A DNA stretch of 63,899 nucleotides, counting the filler, from Octopus bimaculoides (Eukaryota): the NCBI RefSeq assembly GCF_001194135.2. It is 4 parts of 4 records of this genome, joined end to end, with 100 filler letters (N's around TTAATTAATTAA, not from the genome) between each part and the next. Parts side by side here need not be neighbours in the genome. Positions count along the whole stretch, not along the records: positions 29,006 to 59,932 come from NC_068985.1; 3 more parts are not named here. The stretch is one strand, 5' to 3'. The position numbers and the translations under genes are program-made. The notes below the pieces were generated by a model, which did not search any database, was not told where the DNA came from, and saw only the letters and a list, made by a program, of their open reading frames with translations. Of this stretch, positions 36,484 through 49,073 are shown piece after piece; the first letter of the stretch is position 1, and the number at the start of each line of letters is the position of its first letter.

Positions 36484-36643
36484 CGCAGGAGTGGCTGTGT
36501 GATAAGTAGCTTGCTTACCAACCACATGGTTACGGGTTCAGTCCCACTGTGTGGCACCTTGGGCAAGTGTCTTCTACTATAGCCTCAGGCTGGCCAAAGC
36601 CTTGTGAGTGGATTTGGTAGATGGAAACTGAAAGAAGCCCGTC

Positions 36644-36678
<35 letters not shown>

Positions 36679-36897
36679 CACACACATGTATGTGTGTGTG
36701 TCTGTGTTTGTCCCCCACCCCACCATCGCTTGACAACCGATGCTGGTGTGTTTACGTCCCCGTGACTTAGCAGTTCGGCAAAAAGAGACCGATAGAATAA
36801 GTACTAGGCTTACAAAGAATAAGTCCTGGGGTCAGTTTTCTCAACTAAAGGCGGTGATCCAGCATGGCCACAGTCAAAGGACTGAAACAAGTAAGAG
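36484..36897 (+). mobile_element. SINE family B, complete copy
   Basis: GCAGGAGTGGCTGTGTG head, GGTTCAGTCCC B-box-like, internal (TA)n, GACTGAAACAAGTAAGAG tail. Confidence 0.88.
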
Positions 36898-38759
36898 TAA
36901 CACCAAAAACTACAAATCTGTGTTTAGCAGTGGATTGAATGCCAGCTGTATTGAAAGGATCACTAGGCAAACAAAAGACCTCCAATCTTGAGAGAATATT
37001 GTCCCAGGTCAATTAACAAAATTCAGTGAAGGAGATTCCATCTGGTAGCATAACTTGCTCGAAATGGCAGTCAAGTTTCACTCAAATTAAACTTTTTATT
37101 TTCTTTAAAAAATGATACAACACAGACGAATGTTAGTCATAGTTGTACAAAAAGATTATGTGATGTTGGCTGAAACAACTTTTGATCATAAGTCTGTTTG
37201 ATCAGAACAAACCTGAAGCTAAGATAGCTTCGTAATTTCTCAGGCTTTGCAAGGTCTTGTGAAAGTGAGTGTTATGCTGTAGGCAAACAACAATAATAAT
37301 AATGATGATGAGGAGGATGGTGATGACTTCACCATTGACTCTTCTTTTCCTTCTATAGACAAATTTACTGACATTAGAGAATGCCACAGACTTGAAAGAT
37401 TTCTTTTTAAAAAGCTCAACTTAAAATTAAATACATTTGATGTAAAACTTCTCGGATTTTTTTTTTTGGCTTTTTTAATTTAATTTATTTATATTTATTT
37501 TTTTTTATGGTTAATTTTTCTTCAGTTTTCCTCTTGACTTTTCAAGATGAAAATATGAGAGAAAAAAACTGAAGAAATAATAATAAAAAATGGTTATTTG
37601 ATTGCTTCCACCTTTGATATATTGAAAGTGTTTTTAAATGATCTGTTAGTATTGGTATTGCCTTTCAAAAAAGAATAATATTTTGGATTATTTATGCCTC
37701 TTCAGCTCCTTTTTGTATTTCTATCATTTTTGATCTGTCAGTTCTAAATTTTTTTTATTTTCTCTATTCTTATTTTCTATCTTTTCTATTACCACAATAA
37801 AAACAGAAAAAAACATACTACATTACGATTAGGTCATACTAAACTCAACTACTTCAATCTCAGAGATGCCATCAGCATTAACTAAAAGAAAACAAAAGTT
37901 AAGTTAGTGTTGAGATAATTACAGAGAGTGAGCTAAGGGAAATAAATCAAGTGGACCAGCAGCATGAATTTAGATAAATCAAGTAAATGAGAATCTACTG
38001 AATGATATACACAAAAATTCTTAATGAATTGGTATCTGTTTCTTAGTTGGAAAAAGTAAAAGACTTGCTGACAAATATTAGTGAATGTCAAAAGGGAGAT
38101 AATTCTAAGAAATAATAAATTAGTTTCTAAGAAAATTAAGTTTTTGTGCTAAGAGAAAATTATTTATATTTTGTATTGATAGCTGTCAACATGACACCTA
38201 CAAACACATTTCCATCTTATTCAACCCTCATCAGAAAGATAATTTTCCTAAGCCTGCTTTGATCAGCTGACAAAGAATTTTACTTGGAGAATAAGAGTTA
38301 CAAAGGATTTTGTCAAATATATATTTTTTCATTTGTAAAATTGCAAAAAGAAATGGCCAGAAGGAAATTTCTCAAGTGAGCTAATCTACCTTGAGCTTAT
38401 AGGATCTTGAATCTAAAACTATCCAGATTTTCAAGGTATTTGATGAATGCAATTCTGTTACAAATACCACATTCCCAGATGCCACAGGAACTCGTTTTCA
38501 GCTGAATTTAGTGGAGCAATGTGAAATGAAGGGCATGGTACAAGGATATTTCGTTTTTGTCCTGTCAAAGAATTAAACCTTCAAACTAACAATCATAATT
38601 TACATATGTGTATGTGTGTACACACACGTGCATACACATACACATACATGCACACACATAAATATACATACATTCATGCAAACATACATACAGGGTCACT
38701 TTAGCAAATTTAATGATATACTGGTGATTATGTTTGAAAAATTCTAAATGATTCAAAAT

Positions 38760-38910
38760 TTGTCTCTGTTTATTTCCTCTTATTCCCTTCTGTCAAAGAG
38801 CATAGGCTCGAAACATACAAGACTTTTCCATTTTTCCTGAGTGTCAAACACTTGATTGTTATTCCTACACCTGTCTTCGTTTCTTGTTTTTCTATTAATT
38901 TGAATTATAT
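38760..38910 (+). mobile_element. Solo Penelope pLTR fragment with hammerhead-like motif, copy B (38785-38822)
   Basis: Homologous to 22355-22498; CCCTT-CTGTCAA-A-GAGC-ATAG-GCTC-GAAA-CA-TA-CAAGA. Confidence 0.7.
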
Positions 38911-40110
38911 ATACACCAGGTGCATAAGACATTTGAGGACAGATTTATGTTTATAAAAAAAAAACAGCTATATAATAACAGATAATAACTTTATTTATCA
39001 AAATATGCTATGAAGATAAAAATAAACCTTCTTTTCTATAATGTTGTTCAAAAAAGCCACCTTCACCTTCAACAACAGCTTCTATATGAGATCTAAATCA
39101 CCTACATGCTCAAATCAAGTGGTCCTGGATCATTTTGGACATTACTCTGACTATGGCAGCTTTCAAAGAATCTTTGGTGTTATGGGCATGTTCATTAACC
39201 TCTCCACATGTAATAGTCCAATGAATTGAGATCTGGGGAATTAGGAGGCCAAATGTTAGGGGTTATGTGATCATGAAAATTTTCAGCCATCCATTCCTCT
39301 GTTACTAGAGCCATGTGTGATAAGTACAGAGTCTTACAGAATCACATATGACCTTCCATTGCATACACTGTTTATTCAGAGATTAGCAATTATTTCCAGG
39401 ACCCTAATGTAAGGGTCAGAGTTAACTCTAAGGTCTTGTGGAAAGAAATAAGGAGGCATCACATGTCCTTCATTGCTGACAACCCCTAAAACTATGACAG
39501 TTGCAGGAAATTTCGTATGCATAACACTTGGAACTTCAGAAGGGTCTGCACATAACCATCTGTCATTTTTCTGTTTGATCTTGGTCGAAGTTTTTCTTGT
39601 TTGAGAACAACCAAATCAAATCTTCTTCTGTTGGAGTTTTCAGTTTGTTTAAGAGCCTCTTAGATCTGATGTAGTTATTTTCTTTGGCTTTTTCTGATAA
39701 ATTGACCTTCCTTCATCATATAAGACTTATATCTGATGTCTTCATGGACAATATTTCTGACTGTTCCTTCTAACATGGAGATCTTTTACAACTGATCTCA
39801 TCAATTTTCTAGGATTGTAATCAATGGTCTGTTGAACTTGCTGGAAAGATGCAGGTATTCTGATGATTTCAGAGCATTTAAAATATTTTTTATGCTTTGA
39901 TACTGGTGATATGCTTCCATCTTCAGTCTCTAGCTCCTTACAAGCTTTGTAGATGAAAGATCTGGCAACTTTTAAAAATCGAGATATTTCCAAATCGCTA
40001 TGCTCAGCCTTCATAACCACAATAACAGCATGCATCTTCATTTCTTGAGTAAGCTGAGGGTTTGCCGTTATTATTTTCTGAAACAAAGATTATACAGAGT
40101 TAGCAATAAA
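38910..40110 (-). mobile_element. Tc1/mariner-superfamily transposase fossil (maT/DD37D-like)
   Basis: HAVIVVMKAEHSDLEISRFLKVARSFIYK, WLFSNKKNFDQDQ, NDRWLCADPSEVP, HTKFPATVIVLGV, WPPNSPDLNSLDY. Confidence 0.85.
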
Positions 40111-40180
40111 TGCAGCAATGACCACAAAAAGATATGTTCTCAAATACCTGTGTATTTATATATGTATATATATTTATATA

Positions 40181-40398
40181 CAAGGTGGGTGCTGAAAAGT
40201 TCCTAGCTTTTGGTAAATGAAAATACAAGAGAATCAGTTAATTATGATTTTATTTAACATATTCCCCTCTCAGATTCACACTCTTCTTGCTGTGGACCTT
40301 CAGCTTTTGTAAACCCTGCGATAGAATTCGGAAGGTTGAGCCTCTAGCCAACCTTTTGCAACACTCTTAACCCCTAGCACTTTTCAGCACTCCCTCTT
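40181..40398. mobile_element. Tc1/mariner-type MITE, copy 1
   Basis: TA|CAAGGTGGGTGCTGAAAAGT ... ACTTTTCAGCACTCCCT; same family as 40814-41028. Confidence 0.75.
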
Positions 40399-40489
40399 AT
40401 TTGTAGGCAAACACAGATGTACACAGATACATACATCCATATATATATATATATACACACATACATATATATGTATACATACTACACAC

Positions 40490-40655
40490 ATTTTTTTCTC
40501 TCCTTGTTTCTTTCTGTGTTCCTTTCTGTGGAAGAGCGTAGGCTCGAAACGTTAAAGACTTTTTCAATTCCCGAGCGTTATACTAATACATCTATTTGTT
40601 TTCTACACCACCTGCCTTCGTCTGTTGTTTTTTTTTTTGTGAATTCTCCCTATAT
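40490..40655 (+). mobile_element. Solo Penelope pLTR fragment with hammerhead-like motif, copy C (40521-40558)
   Basis: CCTTT-CTGTGGA-A-GAGC-GTAG-GCTC-GAAA-CG-TT-AAAGA; flanked by TA-rich repeats. Confidence 0.75.
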
Positions 40656-40764
40656 GTATACATATATTGCATTATGTATGACTATCTTTAAAGATAAAAT
40701 TTGCTGGTAGCTTTTTAGAAGTAGTTTTCAAACAACTATGTACATGCATGCACTGCATCTGAGG

Positions 40765-40804
<40 letters not shown>

Positions 40805-40813
40805 ACGTACACA

Positions 40814-41028
40814 CAAGGGGGTGCTGAAAAATTCCTGGCTTTGTGTAAAAGAAAATACAGGAGGTCAGTTACTTATGATTTCATTCAACATATCCCTCTG
40901 TAAGATTCACACACTTATTGCAGCAGTCCTTCAGTTTTTCTAAGCCCTGTAAAAGAACTCTAAAGGCTGGGCCTCCAACCAGGCCTTTCATAACACTTTT
41001 AAAGCTAGGAAGTTTGCAGCACCCCTTG
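40814..41028. mobile_element. Tc1/mariner-type MITE, copy 2
   Basis: TIRs CAAGGGGGTGCTGAAAAATTCCTGGCTTT / AAAGCTAGGAAGTTTGCAGCACCCCTTG|TA. Confidence 0.8.
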
Positions 41029-41518
41029 TATGAAGTTTGCCAACCACAACTGCGCTGGGCATGTACAACTACGTGTCTGTGCAGTGGAAGTTAGAGTAAA
41101 TGGAATGGATATTTTCTGTGAAGTTGGTGCTGGAATGTCTGGTTATGACGGTGGTGGGGGATAGAGTTGGTGATATGGATGTTGTGGTGACAAGGGCAAA
41201 GTGCAATGGTTATAGGTGGAGGAGAAGGAGTCAGATAAATGCCAAGTAGTAACCAACCAACCAACCAATTCTTTTTGAGTAACCCTTTTTCATTCATTGT
41301 TCATGTTAATTAAGGGGACACTGTTATCTTAAGTGACTACTAAATCACTGATCACTACAGGGCACTGAATGGGTAGGATAGTGTGTGTGTGTGTGTGTGA
41401 GTGAGTGAAGATGATGATGTGGACAGCAGGGTGGAAAGCACACATGAAGAATGTGAAGGAATAGAAGAACAACAAGAAATTATAACCTCAAAGATAAGAA
41501 TCCTTATCCAAGATAGTG

Positions 41519-41558
<40 letters not shown>

Positions 41559-41712
41559 TGAGGGTAGTGGGGGCTGACATCAAATGAAGTTGTTTCATTG
41601 CAGGATTAAAATTGATAAAGAAGTGGTGAGTGGTATGTCAGAGTGGAGGAAGTAACAAGCAGACAAACAGATAGACAGACAGCCAGATGGATAGAGATTA
41701 AAGTGAAGGTGT

Positions 41713-41750
<38 letters not shown>

Positions 41751-42493
41751 GGAAAGAATAGATATAAAGAGAGAGAGGATTGGGGAAGACAACTCACCTC
41801 CCTTGTGGCATAAAGAGTAGTGTAAAGATACAGAGAGATGTGGAAGCTGGAAGCAGCTGGAGAAGAGAAAGAAAATTATAGACATTAGTGAGATTGGGTG
41901 ACAGTAGATAGACAGGAAGAAAGAAAAGATGGGAAGAAAGAAAAGAGAGGAAGAATGAGATGTAAAGAAGTGGGGGAGAAAACAAGGAAGAAGGAAGAAT
42001 CAAAAGATAAACAGGGCAGGAAGAAGAAAGCAAAAGAGAGAGATGAGTCGGAGTGGAGACACAACACATATGAGAGAGAGAGACAGAGAGAAAGAGAGGA
42101 GGAACAGGGGAAAAAAACAAAGAGAAATGCAAGAAAGAAAGTTGGAGAGAGTGTAATGTAAAAACTAGTAGTGAGATGGGAGTAGCAGGAAGAGTGAAAT
42201 ATTAACGGTAAAGAAATAGGAGACTGAAAACTGAAGAAAGAACTAGCGAATGTCCAGCATCTCTACTTTTATTTCTCTGCACTCTTTCTCTCTCACATTC
42301 TCTCTCTCACTTTGTATGTGTGTATGTGCATATCTATATATATATATATAGGCGCAGGAGTGGGTTTGTTGTAAGTAGCTTGCTTACCAACCACATGGTT
42401 TTGGGCTCAGTCCCCACTGTGTGACATCTCGGGCAAGTGTCTTCTACTATCGCCTTGGGCCGACCAAAGCCTTGTGAGTGGATTTGGTAGACA

Positions 42494-43616
42494 CTTGTAG
42501 TTGTTTTAAATAAATTTATTTACATACTAGTTTCAATTTTCTGCTTATCAGTGGTATAAATGTATATAAAATAATGGGATTTTAACAGAATTTAAAATTA
42601 CAAAGCTGGAAACATTTTTAAATGATTAAATGTTCACAAAATTCAATGACAGAGGTAGATAATATCAAAAACGATCAGCAAAGAATATAAAAAATGTGGA
42701 TTATTAAAAATTCGGTCATATTGAGTTATTATGAAATACACAAACAAGAGAGAGTAAAAAAAGGGTTTTTTTTAACAGTTTCTATCGTCTTGCATGTAGT
42801 TCTTTATTCCATTGTGTACAGGGCTTTTCACTTTTAACGGAGTGTTTTGGAATCAGAGAATTTCTTGTGCATATATATATATATATGGTTTTATGTGAAG
42901 ATGATTTAATTTTTGATTCATTATAATTCTGATGATGTTATATTCTTTCTGGTGGCTGTATACATATACATATATATACATATATATACATATATTCATA
43001 TATGGTTGATGACCATTCCCTACAGGAAAGTCAACCAAGCAAAATGCCAAACTTGGCCAAAACAAAAAACAGGTTCTTTATCAAAATAAAGTGACATCAC
43101 AAAATCTACTACTAATCAAAACCTGTTCCTATGTACAGGGAACCAACCAACCAACCAACCAACCAACCAACCAAAACACTAATGCCGAAACAAAATCTGT
43201 TTTGACCAAAAACATCCACCAGAAAGAATAAGACATCATCAGAATTATAATGAAACACCAATTAGATCTTCTTCACATAAAATCATATATATATGATTCC
43301 AAAACACTCCAAAAACAGAAAAAAGAACTATACACAAGACGATAGAAACTGTGAATAAACCCTTTTATTTACTTTCTCTTGTCCAATTATTCTATATTAA
43401 CTCAATATGACTGAAATTTTAGTAATTCACATTTTTATATTCTTCTCTCATCACGTTTGATATTATCTACCCCTCTCATTCAATTTTGTGAACATTTCTA
43501 CTTCGTAATTTAAAATTCTGTTAAAATCCCATTCTTTTATATACATTGACAAACAGAAAATTGTTGTAACTAGCTTGGTATGTATGTAAATAAATTTATT
43601 TAAAAACAACTACAAG
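42494..43616. repeat. Second long inverted repeat (arms ~42494-42955 and 43216-43616)
   Basis: CTTGTAGTTGTTTTAAATAAATTTATTTACATAC ... GTATGTAAATAAATTTATTTAAAAACAACTACAAG; colinear internal blocks; 260-bp spacer. Confidence 0.9.
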
Positions 43617-43689
43617 TTTTTCAAATTCAGGTACATTTTCAAAAACAAATTCTGTAATAAATATTTTTATATATATATATTTTTTTTTT

Positions 43690-43840
43690 CTCCATGTTTT
43701 TCTCCTTGTTTTCTCCGCATTCTTTCTGTTGAAGAGCGTAGCTCTAAACGTTAAAGACTTTCTCTATTCTCAAGCGTTAAACTAATACATCCTTTTGTTG
43801 TTTACACCACCTGTCTTCGTCTGTTGTTGTAAATTCTCCC
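43690..43840 (+). mobile_element. Solo Penelope pLTR fragment with hammerhead-like motif, copy D (43721-43757)
   Basis: TCTTT-CTGTTGA-A-GAGC-GTA-GCTC-TAAA-CG-TT-AAAGA. Confidence 0.75.
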
Positions 43841-43882
<42 letters not shown>

Positions 43883-44174
43883 NNNNNNNNNNNNNNNNNN
43901 NNNNNNNNNNNNNNNNNNNNNNNNNNNNNNNNNNNNNNNNNNNNNNNNNNNNNNNNNNNNNNNNNNNNNNNNNNNNNNNNNNNNNNNNNNNNNNNNNNNN
44001 NNNNNNNNNNNNNNNNNNNNNNNNNNNNNNNNNNNNNNATATATATATATATATATATATATACATACATACATATATATATTTTCATTTTATTTTTTCA
44101 TTTTATCTAGTTTCAGCTCATGAGCTGTGGCCATGCTGGGGCACCACTACATATATATATATATATATGTATGT

Positions 44175-44592
44175 ATCATCATCATCATTCAGAATCCATT
44201 TTCCATGTTGGCATGGATTGGATGGTTTAACATGGAGCTGGCCAGCTGGGGAGCTGTCTAGACTCCAGCTGGATACCCTTCCTAATGCCAACCACTTAAC
44301 AGAGTGTGCTGGGTACCTTTTACATGCCACCAGCATGGGTGCATTTTCATACCACTAGCATAGATGTGTTTATGCAGCACCAACACAGGTGCTTTTTATG
44401 TGGTACCAGCACCATATATATATATATATATATATGAGTGGTTGGCGTTAGGAAGGGCATCCAGCTGTAGAAACTCTGCCAAATCAGACTGGAGCCTGAT
44501 GTTGCCATCCGGTTTCACCAGTCCTCAGTCAAATCGTCCAACCCATGCTAGCATGGAAAGCGGACGTTAAACGATGATGATGATGATGATGA
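44175..44592. mobile_element. Inverted pair of RTE-tail SINEs around a (TA)n tract
   Basis: 44175-44412 (minus) and 44436-44592 (plus) share CCCTTCCTAA-GCCAACCACT and the TTTCCATG-T-GCATGG-TTGGA core; (GAT)n tails. Confidence 0.75.
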
Positions 44593-44609
44593 TATATATA
44601 TATACATTC

Positions 44610-44855
44610 TTTCATTCTTTTACTTGTTTCAGTCATTTAACTGTGGCCATGCTGGAGCACTGCTTTTAGTCACACAAATCGACCCCAGGACTTATTCTTT
44701 GTAAGCCTAGAACTTATTCTATCGGTCTCTTTGGCTGGATTGCTAAGTTACGGGGACATAAATACACCAACATCGGTCGTCAAGCAATGGAAGGGAGACA
44801 AACACAGACACACACATAAATATATGCATATATATATATATATGCATATATATAC

Positions 44856-44892
<37 letters not shown>

Positions 44893-45052
44893 CAATGAGC
44901 TTCTTTCAGTTTCTGTCTGCCAAATCCACTCACAAGGCTTTTGTCAGTCCAAGACTATAGCAGAAAACACTTACCCAAGGTTCTATGCAGTGAACCTGAA
45001 CTTGGAAGCATGTAGCTGGGAAGCAAGCTGCTTACTGCACAGCCACTCTTGC
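44610..45052 (-). mobile_element. SINE family B, complete copy
   Basis: Reverse complement of 36484-36897. Confidence 0.85.
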
Positions 45053-45537
45053 CTCTATATATATTATTCTTTAATAAGAACAGTGTTGACAGTAACTTCA
45101 ATGTTTTGGTCTGCTTAGCATTCATCAGACTATCCACTTAAGGCTAAGCAAGCTGAAGCTCCAAAGTCACTGTCACTTTTTTAAAGAATAATAATTTTAT
45201 ACTCTGAAAAAAGTATCAAGTAGTCTTTCTGTTTCAAGTAGTGTTTATTATAACTTGAGGTACAAACAAACATATATGTATATATATGTACATATGTATG
45301 ACTAAAAATTACAGTTTTGAGCTGGCAATTATTTTCTCCATTTAACGCAAAGTGTCACACTATTTTACAAATCATGAATTCATAAACCATAAGTAATTAA
45401 ATATCTTAAATTATTGTCATAAATTGTTGCTCTGTTTTAATCTTTTAATCCTTGACATAATTTATTGACTTAATACTATCAGCTAGTGATAAATTATCTA
45501 TTTATAAAATGTAACCTGAAATTATCTTCCTTGCCAC

Positions 45538-45573
<36 letters not shown>

Positions 45574-45610
45574 TAATAATAATAATAATGATGATGATAA
45601 TAGTAATAAT

Positions 45611-45822
45611 AATGGTTTCACATTTTGGTACAAAGCCAACAATTTGGGAGAAAGGGGTACGTTGATTACATCGACCCCAGTACTCAACTTGTAATAGTGA
45701 CCCCAAAAATATGAAAGGCAAATATGGCTTCAGCAGAATTTGAACTCAGGACATAAAGGTGGATGAAATTCTGCTATGCATTTTTCCCAGTGAGCTAATA
45801 ATTCTAACAGCTTGCCACTTTA
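45611..45822 (-). mobile_element. SINE family C embedded in (TAA)n
   Basis: Similarity to other family C copies; CpG-decayed. Confidence 0.8.
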
Positions 45823-47029
45823 ATAATAATAATAATAATAATCTGAAGAAGAAGAATTTTTTTTTCTGATTTAAGTAGGGGGGCCAGAAATTTTGAGGTT
45901 ACAGTGATTGTCAGTACTGTTCAGACCAGTAATAATAATATTCATGGTATTTTTCCATTCTAAAAATGCTGATGTATTATCATTTAACACTAATGTATGA
46001 TCAAAATCAACAAAGATGCTCACACTATTTCAACTAATAATACTTTACTAATGCTTTGGGCTTGAAAAAACAGAAACCAGAATATTGTTTGGTATAATGT
46101 TCCATTTTCCTTAAATGTTAAAGCAAAATTGTCAGAATTTTTTTTTCAATTTTAAGAAAAATTTTCCACCTCAGCATAAATATTGCCAAGTATTTAATAA
46201 GTGAACTTATGAATTATTTCACTCTACTACAGAAAACTTAATTAGGTCCTCTAATAAGTAGACATGATTATATAATCTCCATTCAAATGGAAATAATGTG
46301 GTCCCTATTTAATAAAATGTTTTATTATTAGTTGTAACTGAGCATTTATAGATGAAATTCCTTCTCGGGTATTGGTTATTTAAAGGACATTTTCCAGTAA
46401 TTCTATAGTTACATAGACCAGTGGCAGGAGTCATCCAATGAATTATAGTTAAGAATTGCAATTATCAAGCTAGTTCCAGAGAGGGGTACAGTTTCATCCG
46501 TCTTAAGTTCATGCAATATGTAATTAGACTGTTGGCTACAATTTCGAGCATTATGTTCCATTACCATTTATAGTGGCTTTAATGTGTGTGTGTGTGTGTG
46601 CACGCAACATTATATCTACTTATATATAGTATAGATACATATCATATAAACCATATAATAACATTAAGCAAACACATGCACACATACATGTATATATATA
46701 TNNNNNNNNNNATGTATGTATGTATGTATTTTATCTGTTGATTAACAAAGCAGCCACTGGTTTCATACCAAGAGTTCTCAGCAGTTGTCAAGCCTGCTAC
46801 ATTTGGACATTGGTACTCATCTCCATCTTATTAACTAACTAATAAAGAACAGTTATCCACAATGTGGTGTCAAGCACTTGTCACTGTTTGATATTAGTAT
46901 ACATAGACACACACACACACACATATAATCATATATATATATATATAAGTGAGTGGACAGTCAAAAGAAATAGGAACGCAACAGATTTAGTAAAAGTTAG
47001 ATATATTATTTTCTAAAACTGTTTGATTC

Positions 47030-47480
47030 AACTGCATGTGGATGCCCTTCCTAATGCCAACCACTCCAAGACTGTAAAGGGTGCATTTTATGTGCCACCG
47101 GCACTGGGCCAGTCAGGTGGCACTGGCATCAACCACATTCAGATAGTGCTTTTTATGTGCCACCAGCACTGGAGCCAGTTAGGGGGTACTGGCATCGACC
47201 ACATTCAGATGGTGCTTTTTACATGCCACCAACACTGGAGCCTGTCAGGCTCACAGAACTGGGAATACTCCCGTTCTGCTGCCAGTTGCAGTAGAGCACT
47301 TTGGGGAGATTAGAGAACAACTTTGGCATATTTACATAAAGCTCATAGGGCAGACCATCCAAACCTGGTGACCTGCACCTTGTGCAGCTGATAAGGTCAT
47401 CCTGAATTTCGGCTGAAGTTGTCTGCCTTTCATTATGTTTGGATAGTGCTTTTTACATGCCACCAGCACAGGAGCCAGTC
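47030..47480 (-). repeat. RTE-tail SINE with ~65-bp tandem repeats
   Basis: TGC(A/T)TTTTA(T/C)(G/A)TGCCACC units start at 47082, 47147 and 47213, with a further copy near 47445. Confidence 0.75.
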
Positions 47481-49015
47481 AGGGGTCACATACATATATA
47501 ATATTATGTGGGCATGTTTGTGTCCATAGAAGAAATATAACACAACAACTAGAAACTATTCAACTTGGTATATTCTTAAAGTTTTGAAGAACTATTCTAT
47601 TTGCTACTGAAGAACAAAAATGAATATAAGAAAGAAAACAGAAAAGAAATGATGATTTGAAATTAGCTTCTAAAACACAAGGGATGTTCTTTTATTTATT
47701 TATGTTTTCTAAATTCCAATGCATTCTTTATTCTGTATTTTCACCTTCATTTTTACTCTATACCATGTTTCCTAAATTTATTTTTCATAATTTTTTTTTT
47801 TTATTATTTATAAAGTATATTTTTTAATCTTTTTCATGTTATCTTTAATTTGAGGTTTCTCTTCATTCTTTATTTTTTAAAANNNNNNNNNNNNNNNNNN
47901 NNNNNNNNNNNNNNNNNNNNNNNNNNNNNNNNNNNNNNNNNNNNNNNNNNNNNNNNNNNNNNNNNNNNNNNNNNNNNNNNNNNNNNNNNNNNNNNNNNNN
48001 NNNNNNNNNNNNNNNNNNNNNNNNNNNNNNNNNNNNNNNNNNNNNNNNNNNNNNNNNNNNNNNNNNNNNNNNNNNNNNNNNNNNNNNNNNNNNNNNNNNN
48101 NNNNNNNNNNNNNNNNNNNNNNNNNNNNNNNNNNNNNNNNNNNNNNNNNNNNNNNNNNNNNNNNNNNNNNNNNNNNNNNNNNNNNNNNNNNNNNNNNNNN
48201 NNNNNNNNNNNNNNNNNNNNNNNNNNNNNNNNNNNNNNNNNNNNNNNNNNNNNNNNNNNNNNNNNNNNNNNNNNNNNNNNNNNNNNNNNNNNNNNNNNNN
48301 NNNNNNNNNNNNNNNNNNNNNNNNNNNNNNNNNNNNNNNNNNNNNNNNNNNNNNNNNNNNNNNNNNNNNNNNNNNNNNNNNNNNNNNNNNNNNNNNNNNN
48401 NNNNNNNNNNNNNNNNNNNNNNNNNNNNNNNNNNNNNNNNNNNNNNNNNNNNNNNNNNNNNNNNNNNNNNNNNNNNNNNNNNNNNNNNNNNNNNNNNNNN
48501 NNNNNNNNNNNNNNNNNNNNNNNNNNNNNNNNNNNNNNNNNNNNNNNNNNNNNNNNNNNNNNNNNNNNNNNNNNNNNNNNNNNNATATATGAATATATAT
48601 ATATGAATATATATATGTTTGTGTGTATGTATATATATATATATATATGAATATATATATGTTTGTGTGTATGTATATATATATATATATATGTATGTAC
48701 ATAAATATATATATATATGTCTGTTAATATATATATATATGTATGTGTATATATGTATGTTTGTTGGTGTGCACAAAAACGTATACATATACTGACATTA
48801 TACACACATGCACACAAATGTGCATTAAGAGATGCACCCATATATGCAAGCACACAGTCACATGTATTGATTCCCGCATGGCAGAACATGATGAAAAAGA
48901 GACTTATAAACTTTCCTTTGAAACTACAATAGCATAAAGAAAATAAAAAAATCAGAAAGCATTCCTTGTACATTGATATGCTCACCTACATACACACAGC
49001 TGCATAAGTATGTGT

Positions 49016-49073
<58 letters not shown>

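Noticed and set aside
37280-37510. Acidic open frame ANNNNNNDDEEDGDDFTIDSSF...
   Set aside because: Driven by an AAT/GAT microsatellite, with a weak acceptor and no donor before T-rich sequence
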